Below are positions 24,881-35,159 of a DNA stretch of 56,070 nt, one piece after another (position 1 is the first letter of the stretch; every line of letters starts with the position of its first letter). Both the position numbers and the translations under genes were made by a program. The stretch is from positions 62,001 to 118,070 of the forward strand of contig NKIB01006909.1 in the NCBI GenBank assembly GCA_002256025.1. Direction: 5' to 3'. The notes beneath the pieces are model-generated. The model was not told the DNA's origin. It worked only from the letters and a program-made list of their open reading frames with translations, and did not search any database. This DNA comes from Asterionella formosa. Taxonomy: Eukaryota.

Positions 24881-25796
24881 GTCTTCGCTGTTTCTGTTTC
24901 TCGATGATGATATGTAAGGAGTTAGTATGAAAGTTGCTGCTGGATTTCTTGTGCGTTGCAAAAGCAAACTACTGATGGGTAACCGCACGCACGAGAAGAA
25001 TATCAGGTGCGTCTGACACAAAACTGGATTTCAGCAATCATGCGAAGTTTATTCATGAGAACCCAAAGGGTGACTTTTCATGGTGGCATCACTTCGCTCG
25101 ATATATATATACCGGTAGCCTACCGGCATGTACTCAAAAACCAGTATTTGAGATACATAGGTACCTGGTACCCTTGTACCACGCAGCACCCCTGGAATCA
25201 AGCTCCGGGTATCCAAGGTATCCCTCGTATGGAGGCACGAGCATATAAATGGCTATTTAATATAAGAAGATTTTTAAGTACGTGTTATGGAACAGCTGCA
25301 CAATGAATATTATCCTGACAAGCTGGTACCCTGACATTTGTGGACTATGTAGGAAGCAAAATAATTCAAGTGTAGGTGGAAATAATAGGAAAAAAGATTG
25401 TGCCTCAGCTCTGCAACACCACCTCAATCAAAAAGCTCTCAAGGATACTACCTTTTTTGAATGTCCATGACTTCACTACTGCAACCAAAAATCCACTAAT
25501 GTGTGCTGTTGTATTTGATGCGAAGATCTGAAGTATGATTGGGTGCAAGTCTTGAATGATACTTAGTAGCCAATACAAATAGTTCTTCTGTTTCGGCTTG
25601 CAATTGAAAGTCACCCATAAAAAAAACCAAATTAAAAAATGCTGTAACATGATACCATCACAATTATTCCACTATGCCGTATACAAAAAATCGTTGCAAA
25701 AGACAATGTTGGGCGCTCAACAGTCGTATTCTAGGGAGTCCAGGAATTCCATCTCCCCTCCTCCTAACAAAATGCCAAATACTTTTTGACAGCTAT

Positions 25797-27168
25797 TCAC
25801 CCATTCACCCCCACCAGTTCCGCTTGCACCAGAGCATTAAAGCCTTTCCCTTCTAAATCCACATGCGACAAGGCCGACGCCACAAGCCGGAAGGGCCACT
25901 CGCTGTCCTTTTCCAGCGGGGCAAAGGTAATGATACTCACTCCAGGTGGCACGAGCCCAACCTTTGTGGTTTGCGAAATATGGTCATGTTGTGAAATCCT
26001 TGGTACAATATTGATGGATGCGCCCTCTGGCATTATAACAGTTAGATCAGGATATTTGTTGTCTCCTGTTACCATGTATGTCAAGTACATCGTGACTGGT
26101 TGGGAAAAAGTATTTAGCACTTTCAACGCACCACCTGCTGATGAAACTTCCAATGCATACTTTCCTGAGCCTATATCAAAGGCCTTCATCTCCAATCCAT
26201 ATAAAATCTCATGAGGTGATTTTCCCGTTAATAACCAATTGCTGCACGAGTCTTCCCAGGTTCGTGGTGATTGAGGAGTTATATGAGTGAGTCGAGGAAT
26301 GCTTCGTAACAATCGTTGCAAGCCCCGAGCGACAGAAGCATGTCCAGTCTCAGTCATGTGCTTATGATCGTCACTCCAAATGTCTAACATGCTGGCCAAA
26401 TGGACTCCAATTGTGACGTTGTCTTTGGGGTACGGGAGTCTCCAAATATACCCATGGACTGCTGCAGCAATCTCATCTTGGAGAGCCGATAAATCGGATC
26501 TGGGATTCAAGAACATTTCCACTTTCGTGGTTTTTAAGTAATGTACAAATTTTGTATCGTGCAACGATTGAAAGCCCAACTTTCTTTGATACGAAAGGAG
26601 ACTCACTGTAGATTTGCCAGGGACGTGACTGTCCTTGACTCGCACCATGCGGGGATACCAAAGATCTAAAAAGATAATAATTGCGCCGGGATATTGAGCT
26701 CGGATAAGTGTGGCCAATTCCATCAAACCTTCGGAAGCGCGTAACATGAATTCCAATAAGATCACTTCGGGATTAACCGATCCCACCATCGTGTGCCAAC
26801 AAACGGCAGGATAAAATGGACCAGAGGCTCGCATGGCCAAGTTGACAACATGAGGGCTACCCAATAAATAAGGATAAGTGAAATTTGTGGGAGGATTTCT
26901 GTTTGTTATGCCACTGCCCCAAGTGTCAGCTAGGAAACGAGAGTGAATGCTTTTCACAGTGAGTGCACCCTAATTGTGTGTCTGTGTTGGATCCTTTGAC
27001 TAACGAGATTCGCTGCCACTTACAGGTGCCCAACGCAATGTAGGAGAGGGATGAGAGTGATTCTTCCGCCCACAGCTCTCTTTTTTCATGAAAATTTACA
27101 GTGTTCCTGTGGGCATTGCACAAGGGTAACAGCAACCACCAAGATCGGAGCAAACTGAGCAGTGCCAT
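25797..27168 (-). CDS. Secreted SGNH/GDSL-fold esterase-like protein, 2 exons (about 425 aa)
   Basis: Exons 27168-27024 and 26929-25797 with a 94-bp GTAAGT...TAG intron. The splice creates the block I motif ALGTSDTWGSG. Signal peptide MALLSLLRSWWLLLPLCNA; VILLEF; DxxH motif DDHKHMTETGH. Confidence 0.75.
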
Positions 27169-27264
27169 GGTCAAAATGGGGGACTTTTTTCTGCGACAAA
27201 GGAAAGTATTATTTACCAAGTATGTAGAGTACTGCTTAATTATTTTATACGATACATTAGACAT

Positions 27265-27515
27265 GCCTGACTGTGAGGAGATACCGGTACTTGTCTTGGT
27301 ACCGTCATATTCCTGTACCCAATGTAAGATGTAGTATACAGGAATGCTACTCGGAGTACATTCGTATAATAATACAGCCTGTCTGTGAGGAGATACCGGG
27401 TACTTGGTACCAGCACCAGTACTGGTACCTGGTACCAGGTACCTGGCCCCTCATGTACCCGATGTAGGATGTAGTATACCGGTATGCTACTCGGAGTACA
27501 TAGAATAATAATACA
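27265..27515. repeat. Tandem duplication (112 bp + 139 bp units)
   Basis: Unit gcctg(a/t)ctgtgaggagataccgg...gtaccc(a/g)atgta(a/g)gatgtagtatac...atgctactcggagtacat...ataataataca occurs at 27265 and 27377. Confidence 0.9.
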
Positions 27516-29377
27516 GGACTGCGGTTGTAGTGGAGGGTCCGGTAAAACACGTTTTTTACTGAGGAAAAGATTAAGCTAAATTCACGAGCATCTATGTCAA
27601 ACAGTCTACCGGTATTATTTCCAGAGGAATCAAAGTAATAAAAGAAACAATACAAGGATAGCTATAATTTGGACCAGGTAGCGGTACTGGTACCACGTCA
27701 AGTTGCTTATGAACGGTGGGTAGGCCAATAAACTCATGTCTCCTCTGCAGTATTCATAAGCTAACTTGTTCCAGATCATTTTATAATTTCATTCATTAAG
27801 CGCCTTATTGCTACTCTACGATTGGTAGGGTAGCCAGCATAAGCACATACCAAGCCTGGGCTTTTGTGAGTAAGACTAACCCATCATGGATCATCCCAAC
27901 AGATGTGGTGATGCTCGGCACTAAGCAGACCAAACAGCATCAAGTTTACATTTAGTGTAAGCAAAAACCTTTATAGCAACAACCAAGAAGTAATACAAAC
28001 AAGTTGTTCTAGAAGAGAACATTCCCACCACTAGTAGCTTGTAGGCTACTAGTAGATAGTACCGCAACCACACCCTTAGGCAGCTACAGCACTTTTATAT
28101 ATTTCTAGAGTTTTTATCGGTTGACCAAAGTATAGATCAATCTAGTGAGTAAACAAATCATGTTCTAGTGTACATACTAGCTAGCTACTATGAGAGCAAT
28201 ACACAACATAGTAGAGTCAGCTACCTGGCTAGTAGTTGTAAATGCTTTATGGCTGTATCATTACTAGACCTAGGCTGGACAACTCGACCTATGTACTATT
28301 AGCAGAGTATGTTGATTCACGATTGGGCGAGAAGCACCAGGTGAGTGGCAAATGACTAAATTGGATTGATGGAGATGAGGACAAATCGGCTGGGGGTCCA
28401 ATCAGTAATAAAGCACTGAGTGATTTGTCCAGCCACACTGGAGCAAGATGAGATTGGCCAGTTCGGTATTGAGCAAACCATGTCTCAAGGAAAAGGATAG
28501 AGTTGGAAGTTGGCCAGCAAGTGAAAGACTACCTTTTTGATGCAGTTTATCTGTTGGAATAGAATAGGCGGCAGAACCTGCCGAAATGATGTTGGTCTAG
28601 TACCATATTGACTCTAAAGACCCTATAGAGAATGCCATGATGTACACCAGGTTTTGGCTTACTAGTACTATATCCTCCTTCTATACCAGTTGCTATCTTT
28701 CATGCATATTTTTACGGTGTTTTACTCTATTCATGTGATTGTGATGATGGTTGATGTCATCGCATGACGATGGATAAACGCAAACAATAATATTTCAGTC
28801 TAGCTAAAATGCTCTGGCAATGTCTTTCCTGCCTCCTCATCATGAGTTGCCGAATCACAAATGGCATTAGCGAGGAAATTAAAACTACACAAAAATAATT
28901 TTACAGCATCTCTCGTGTCAACACATTCATGCAATAACTAAGCTTAATCTTGTTGGTATAAGAACAATTGAGAGTTTGTGAATCTAAAACAAATAGTGAA
29001 CTGTAGTCAATTTAGTGACTATTCTAAAGAGGGAATCCGGAACTAGCAGTTTCAAAAAAGTAGTTCGCTAACTAGATTCAAGTTGTTCTGAAAAATACCA
29101 TGGCGTTGGTCTGAGGTTTGTGAATCTACTTGCTATTCTATTAATACTATTGGACAGTAAGACTGACCTTCAGAATTTGCGAACACTTGCGCTGAGCGAG
29201 AATTTCCAGGTTATATTGTAAATTCTAGGCTACATGATCGCAATTCTATTAACTACTAAAAATATTCATATATAAAAAAATATATGATCAATTATCACCA
29301 AATTAATGCAGAGCTGCTATAATGGGAGATGAAATGTAACATGTTCCATGATTTCCAACCATATCTTCAACTCTCCA

Positions 29378-30997
29378 TCAGGTGGTGATATTGTATCTTC
29401 TTTCCTGGTTTGTATAAGGACCAACCATCAATGGTTGCAAGTATTTTCTAATCCACGTTCGAAGTTTCACCGAACCAGTGTTTGTGGAATCAAATTTTCG
29501 GGCAAAGAGGAAGCCCATCTTCTTGGCCTCCACCAAGTAATGCTGGAGTTCAGGCCCATAAACACGACCAATCTTCCATGTGAACCTGGCATTTCTTTCT
29601 CCTAATAAGTAGCAAGAAGTGTTATCAACCTTCAAGAGTGAATTGCTCATTGTATATTCACATCCTGGCAATCCGCTCCAGAATTGTAGCATACTGCCAG
29701 TTGCAAGCGCTTCCTCTGCTAGACCGATCGCTTTCATTGATCCATACCACACCAACTCTTCCAAACAACAACAGCAACCATATTTGGACGAAGCCATAAC
29801 CTCCATTGCATCAACGCTCTCCAAGAGTGCCTTTACTGTTGCATAATCAAAAATCCCCTGATTGCCAGAGTTACTCTTCTTATTAAACAATTCCATGATC
29901 TCTGGTCGCATTGGTAAATCTAGGTCCGCCCTTGATTTCGACGCTTTCAACGGGTACACTTTGCAATTTTGACGAGAATAGGTGAGAGCTATTCTCCCGA
30001 AGTGTTCTTTTGAGATGTTTTTGGCAAAATCGTTAGCAATTTCTCCCATAAATACCTTCCGACCCGACAATTGCAACGCCTGAGCCAATTCCATTGCTGA
30101 ATAAAGTGGGTACACAGCACCTCCCAATGCGAGAAAGTACGAAAACGTTAGACCAGAATCAAACACGAGCCAACGCATTATACGGAGATTGATATCTGTC
30201 ACTTGACCGGTTTTGTACACAATACTTCCGAATTTCAAAACAACGACATTCTCGTACTCCACGGCAAGCTCCCTTACACCTTTTTCGAAATCAGGATTTG
30301 TGTAGCGTTCTAAATGAATGATGATGTAGTGTTGGGGCAAGTGGACTCCCTTCAGCAAAAGTTTCAAGTGTTTAATATCTTTGTATGCCACAATGGCTAT
30401 TGCCAAACGAATAGTGCTCGTGTCCACGTGTAATACATTTCTGAGTATAGCTGCTGCTTGTTCTGGATCTGCCTCCTGTCGAACTGTAGGTTTATAGAGG
30501 GCATAATCACAAAACATTGAATGGTTGGAGGCATAGATCTCCAATAGTTCCAACTTCATTTCATTTCGAGCATCGCGTCGCATACTTTCGTTGCGAATAT
30601 GGGTGAGATTTCGTGGCATGGCAATAGACATAAAGTAAGAGACATCATTCCAATCCACATCTTGAAAGTTGCAATGGTCTAAGTATGCTGTATCGGACCA
30701 GGAGGACGCCCGATACCCCTGAGTATCCGGATCAATAGTCAGAGCCCATTGCAGAAATTTGTTGGGGTGTACTGCACCAATGAGTTGTTCGCGCGCAGAG
30801 GAGTAGAGCGCTGATAGACTTGAAGACACATTCAGCTTAACACTGGTTTTTTCAAGCGTCATCTGGTCTGCATTTGCAATGAAAATGATCCAGATAAGGA
30901 AACTCGATGCAAGGCTAATGCTGCTACCAACGAAGCAATCCCCAGTCACGCGTCTCATGGTGCTCTCGAACTGTCGTTCATGCTGGTTGAAAGTCAT
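29378..30997 (-). CDS. GT14 glycosyltransferase, copy B (539 aa)
   Basis: Catalytic region nearly identical to 20706-22316 but with a different N-terminus and TM helix. First ATG at 30997. Confidence 0.8.
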   Translation of the reverse strand: MTFNQHERQFESTMRRVTGDCFVGSSISLASSFLIWIIFIANADQMTLEKTSVKLNVSSSLSALYSSAREQLIGAVHPNKFLQWALTIDPDTQGYRASSWSDTAYLDHCNFQDVDWNDVSYFMSIAMPRNLTHIRNESMRRDARNEMKLELLEIYASNHSMFCDYALYKPTVRQEADPEQAAAILRNVLHVDTSTIRLAIAIVAYKDIKHLKLLLKGVHLPQHYIIIHLERYTNPDFEKGVRELAVEYENVVVLKFGSIVYKTGQVTDINLRIMRWLVFDSGLTFSYFLALGGAVYPLYSAMELAQALQLSGRKVFMGEIANDFAKNISKEHFGRIALTYSRQNCKVYPLKASKSRADLDLPMRPEIMELFNKKSNSGNQGIFDYATVKALLESVDAMEVMASSKYGCCCCLEELVWYGSMKAIGLAEEALATGSMLQFWSGLPGCEYTMSNSLLKVDNTSCYLLGERNARFTWKIGRVYGPELQHYLVEAKKMGFLFARKFDSTNTGSVKLRTWIRKYLQPLMVGPYTNQERRYNITT

Positions 30998-32575
30998 CTT
31001 CAATGATTCGTACTAATGTTAATGCAAGTGAACAGAAACAAGAGGAGCATTGAGGACTCGTATGAGAGCATCCAATGGAAACTGAAGAGAGATTTCTGCT
31101 TTCTTCGTGAGCAACATACCGGTAGCGGTGTGAGGGCAACATTGTAATTATATTGGAAAAATACTAAAAAGTCTTGATTTACATTTGTTGGAGAAATTAT
31201 TTCAGAAGACATACCCGTTTTGAAATTACCTACATATATAATATAATACACATTAATTAAATCAAAGGAATCAAAAAGAATGTCAAGATCAGAATTCGAA
31301 AACAACCTGCACATCAAGTAAAACTCATCATTCTATTAAATCTTTTAGGAATGATTACAATCAACCGTTGTTTATATCTACAGCATATTTGGTCCCTGAT
31401 GTGTCCTTATGATCCTTAAAGGAGTACAAGAAAGCAATAGAAGGCTTTGGGACGCAATCTCAACAACATATATAAATTACAGGTATACCGGTGCTGTATT
31501 CAATTGTCTAGCTTTATTTGTTGAGAATATCACAGATCTTCCTTTTAAGATCACTAAAGCAGAAAGTATATTTTCAATTTACACTTTGTAATATTGTGAG
31601 CTATCTGTTAATTGTCTATCTGTCTTGTTCTTGAATGATTACTCATGTAATCCTGAACAAGACATCTCACACTTTCTTTGATCTCATTAATATGATCTTG
31701 CTTGCTTTGACAATAAGTAAGCATATTCATTTGACAACAAGTAAGCATCTCAATTCATTTGTCTATAAGTGTTGTATGTCTTGGTTTCCAATCACTAAAA
31801 ATATTGATCCTTAACTTGTTGGATTCCATACATTTTATCAGTGCTGTACCTGATTGTACCATCAGCCATCAGGTATTATGCATCCCAGTGAATAAGGTTT
31901 TTCTTGTGCCGCTCATTTGCATGAGATACCATAGTATTTTTCTATTTTTTAAGTTGCATAGCAACATATGACTGTCTATTTCCTTGCAGAAACTCCTCAG
32001 ACTACATCTAGTCTTTGGTCACCTGCCAACATCAACAGCCTAACAGACAAATTCTGCCAATACATGCAAAATTTTCGCTGCTCCGTTGCTATCTGTTGGC
32101 AACCAGCCTGATCAAGTGCTGTTTCAACAATGGCTCTGGACAATGATCAACAATCAATAACACCAGTTCGAACCACTCTTCAAAAAACGAAGAATTGTGG
32201 TGCATATACCTTTGTGAAATAATACCACTATTCTGCCAGATGGATGTGTTCTCACCATCTGCAGAGTCTGCACCCAACCTCCATTGGTGTGCTGCACTGG
32301 TAACCCTCTGTCGCCTTTTCTTCGAGCTCCCCGGGTACATATTGTCCACTGTTTCCAAAAAAAACCTGCTTAGCTTGTACCACGTCCGGGTGGTCGCATG
32401 CCTGCGATTTTACATTTGTTCGAGACTGGGTGGCGAGAGTAGGTTGACCGACACATGTTGCCTTAGACGAGCGCCCATCGAACTCATGTATAAGGTATAT
32501 TATATAGAGATTTTTTTTAGATCATTTTTTTATTTTAATTATATACACGATAAGCATATGATCAATAGTTTCAGA

Positions 32576-32664
32576 GCAAGTTGCGGTCATTTTGCTTAAC
32601 TAATATTTTAATCTGGGATAAAGATAGCTAAATCTTTAGTTTCAGCAAAATTACCGCAACTTGC
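32576..32664. mobile_element. 89-bp MITE, copy 2
   Basis: Same TIR (GCAAGTTGCGGT/ACCGCAACTTGC) and interior as 16592-16680. Confidence 0.85.
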
Positions 32665-32795
32665 AGGTATCAATCAGTACCCCAAACAATGGGGTAGTAC
32701 TCCCTACATACAACACAACACTGTAGCACTTCAGCACTTCGCACAGAGCGAAACGACAACGACCAAAAACCCATGAGATCATCATTATCACAATC

Positions 32796-33938
32796 ATGCT
32801 TCTTTCAGCAGTCAGTATCGACTACTCCTACCACTACTCGCACTACCCTAAAGTCTTTGTTGCTCCTCGTGCACCAGTTGGTTTTTCTGTGGATTCCATC
32901 GACGGCAACCTCGACAAGCCTTGTTGGCAAAATGTCTCGTGGAGTGATCCCTTTGATGACATTCGAGGACCAGACGACGCCCCATCCTCCGCCAATAAGG
33001 ATCGACCAACAACGAAAACTCGAGTTAAAATGATGTGGGACGACAGCTATCTCTACATTGGTGCCCTGCTGGAGCGCGAACCTCAAATGCCTACTCCAGC
33101 TACTTTCACAGATCGCAATTCTCCAATTTACCAGAGAGATTCGGACTTTGAAGTCTTTATTGACATTCCTGGTAGCTGTCACAGGTACAAAGAATTTGAA
33201 GTCAACGCTATCAATACCGTATGGAATTTGATGTTAGATAAGCCATATATGGATGGTGGACACGAGCATTCAGGGCGGGTTGCCAAGGAGGGCGAAGATG
33301 ACTTTTACGAAGTGTATCAACAAACATCGTCTACTCGAGTGATTCAAGGCAAACTCAATGATCCTTACGAAGGTGCGACATGGAGTGTGGAGCTTGCCAT
33401 GGCATACACTGATTTGATGAATGATGTTCATCTACTGACTACCACTACAATGAATAGCAATACCCAACCATTGGAGATGGTGATACCACCGTCTAAAAGT
33501 CACTGGAGAATTAATTTTTCTCGCGTTGAAAAGCAAGGTGACATAAATTGGACATGGCAGCCTCAAATTGTTTGGGATGCCCAGTTACACCGGTATCGTG
33601 GGATGGTAAATATGCATCTACCAGATGCCTGGGGCTATGTTGTGTTTCATGATGATGATTCTTCTGTGTCACCCATAGTGAAGGATACAAGTTGGCCACT
33701 CCGGATGGCAGGCATGAGCCTCTACTATGCACAACATGAGTACAAGAGCCGATACGGAGTATTCGCAGAGAGAATAGAGCAAGTGATTGATTTGATGGAT
33801 CAATCCGCAGTTTCGCCGTTTCATGTGGAAATCATGTTAAAGGGGAGTGGCTTTGAGATCATTGTACAAGAAAAGTCATGTGGTTGGGAAGTCAGCGTCA
33901 CAGACGACCGATTGGTGTCTGCAACATTACATGGATGA
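32796..33938 (+). CDS. Carbohydrate-binding family 9-like (DOMON-like) protein
   Basis: IDGNLDKPCW, TRVKMMWDDSYLYIGA, DFEVFID, YKEFEVNAINTVWNLMLDKPY, WRINFSRVE and NMHLPDAWGYVVF match the CBM9-like family. Intronless. Confidence 0.8.
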   Translation: MLLSAVSIDYSYHYSHYPKVFVAPRAPVGFSVDSIDGNLDKPCWQNVSWSDPFDDIRGPDDAPSSANKDRPTTKTRVKMMWDDSYLYIGALLEREPQMPTPATFTDRNSPIYQRDSDFEVFIDIPGSCHRYKEFEVNAINTVWNLMLDKPYMDGGHEHSGRVAKEGEDDFYEVYQQTSSTRVIQGKLNDPYEGATWSVELAMAYTDLMNDVHLLTTTTMNSNTQPLEMVIPPSKSHWRINFSRVEKQGDINWTWQPQIVWDAQLHRYRGMVNMHLPDAWGYVVFHDDDSSVSPIVKDTSWPLRMAGMSLYYAQHEYKSRYGVFAERIEQVIDLMDQSAVSPFHVEIMLKGSGFEIIVQEKSCGWEVSVTDDRLVSATLHG

Positions 33939-34539
33939 TGGTTGAATAACCAGTGATGGCAATACCAAGTGTTGTGGATGCAGAATCCTCGAAACCTTTA
34001 ACTGAGTGGAGTGATTCAAAATTCCAAGATGAGCTGCCCCAGCAAGGAGAACTTTGTGTTGCTTTGATTCATACATAAAACCTGATGGTGTTTGATTGGC
34101 ATCAGACCATCCGCCATTTGCAGCGTTGCTTGATACCTCTAAATTTGCAAGGGTTTCCTCATGGGAAAGTTTGGTTATGTGAGCTCCAAGCTCAAGATTG
34201 AAGCTGCCAAGAACAATGTATGGGATTTCTATGATCTGTGTGCATGATGATGTCAAGATTAATAAGAATGGCAAGCAAGTCCTTTTTCGAAGTACTTGGA
34301 GCTGTAGGAAAAGCAACCAGTACAATCACAATGTGGTTTATTGTCACAGCAAGGGAAACGATGGTGACGAAAGAAGTGCAGAAGGATAAGAGAAAGAATG
34401 TGGTGTGTATTCTCTCTGCAGTGGTATTTTGAAATTGGTGTCATTGGTTACAAGGGGCACCCTGCTGCAAGGGGTTAACGTTTTCGTAGGCTAACGTGGT
34501 AATCGTTCGCTTCTGCTGACTCCTTTCCTCTGGTAGTTC

Positions 34540-34624
34540 TTAGTCCCTCCAGTTCTGATTCTTGCATTTCTTGATCCCCTTGTTAGTCCCTCCAGTTCTG
34601 ATTCTTGCATTTCGTGATCCCCTT
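34540..34624. repeat. 43-bp tandem direct repeat, 2 copies
   Basis: ttagtccctccagttctgattcttgcatttc(t/g)tgatcccctt at 34540 and 34583. Confidence 0.9.
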
Positions 34625-35159
34625 TCACCTTTTCTTATTATTGTGAAACTGGTATGAATACATCTACAAATTGTAGATTCATTGAAATCAAACTTAAAAA
34701 GTTCCAATGCTGCTTCAGGTACTGGGGTCCCAGGGTGGAGCAGCTTGTATTACACTTGCAGGTACCATCTAACCCTGTTTGGATAGATTTGTTATTAGTT
34801 ATGCATCATTTACAATTCTCAAATATTTGCTGTAGATTTTTTACAACTTCCTCATTGATAGGCACTTCCAGTCAAAGTAGCAACCTTACGATCGTCATTT
34901 GCAATGCTGTGTCCTTGAATTCATAAATAGGTGAACTCATAGATTTATGCAATGTTTTTTTGTGAGGCACAATAGATTTATGTAAAATTTGATCTCTTCA
35001 AGCCAAGAGATGTCCAAAGGTGCAAATGCATGTATTCCAAGCATGGGCTTCTACCAAGACTTGGCAGAGAAAAATATTACAATTAAAAGGAGCAAAACGA
35101 GTCCATAGTATCACCCAACTCAGTGCCACCTGGTGAGAAAGGACACCGACCTGTCTCTA

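Noticed and set aside
27700..29300. ORF-poor, CpG-poor spacer between the SGNH and GT14-B genes
   Set aside because: Looks like old methylated repeat sequence, but no diagnostic motif, LTR or TIR was recognised.
33950..35000. Short ORFs between the CBM9-like gene and SMC6
   Set aside because: Fragmentary and with no supportable homology.
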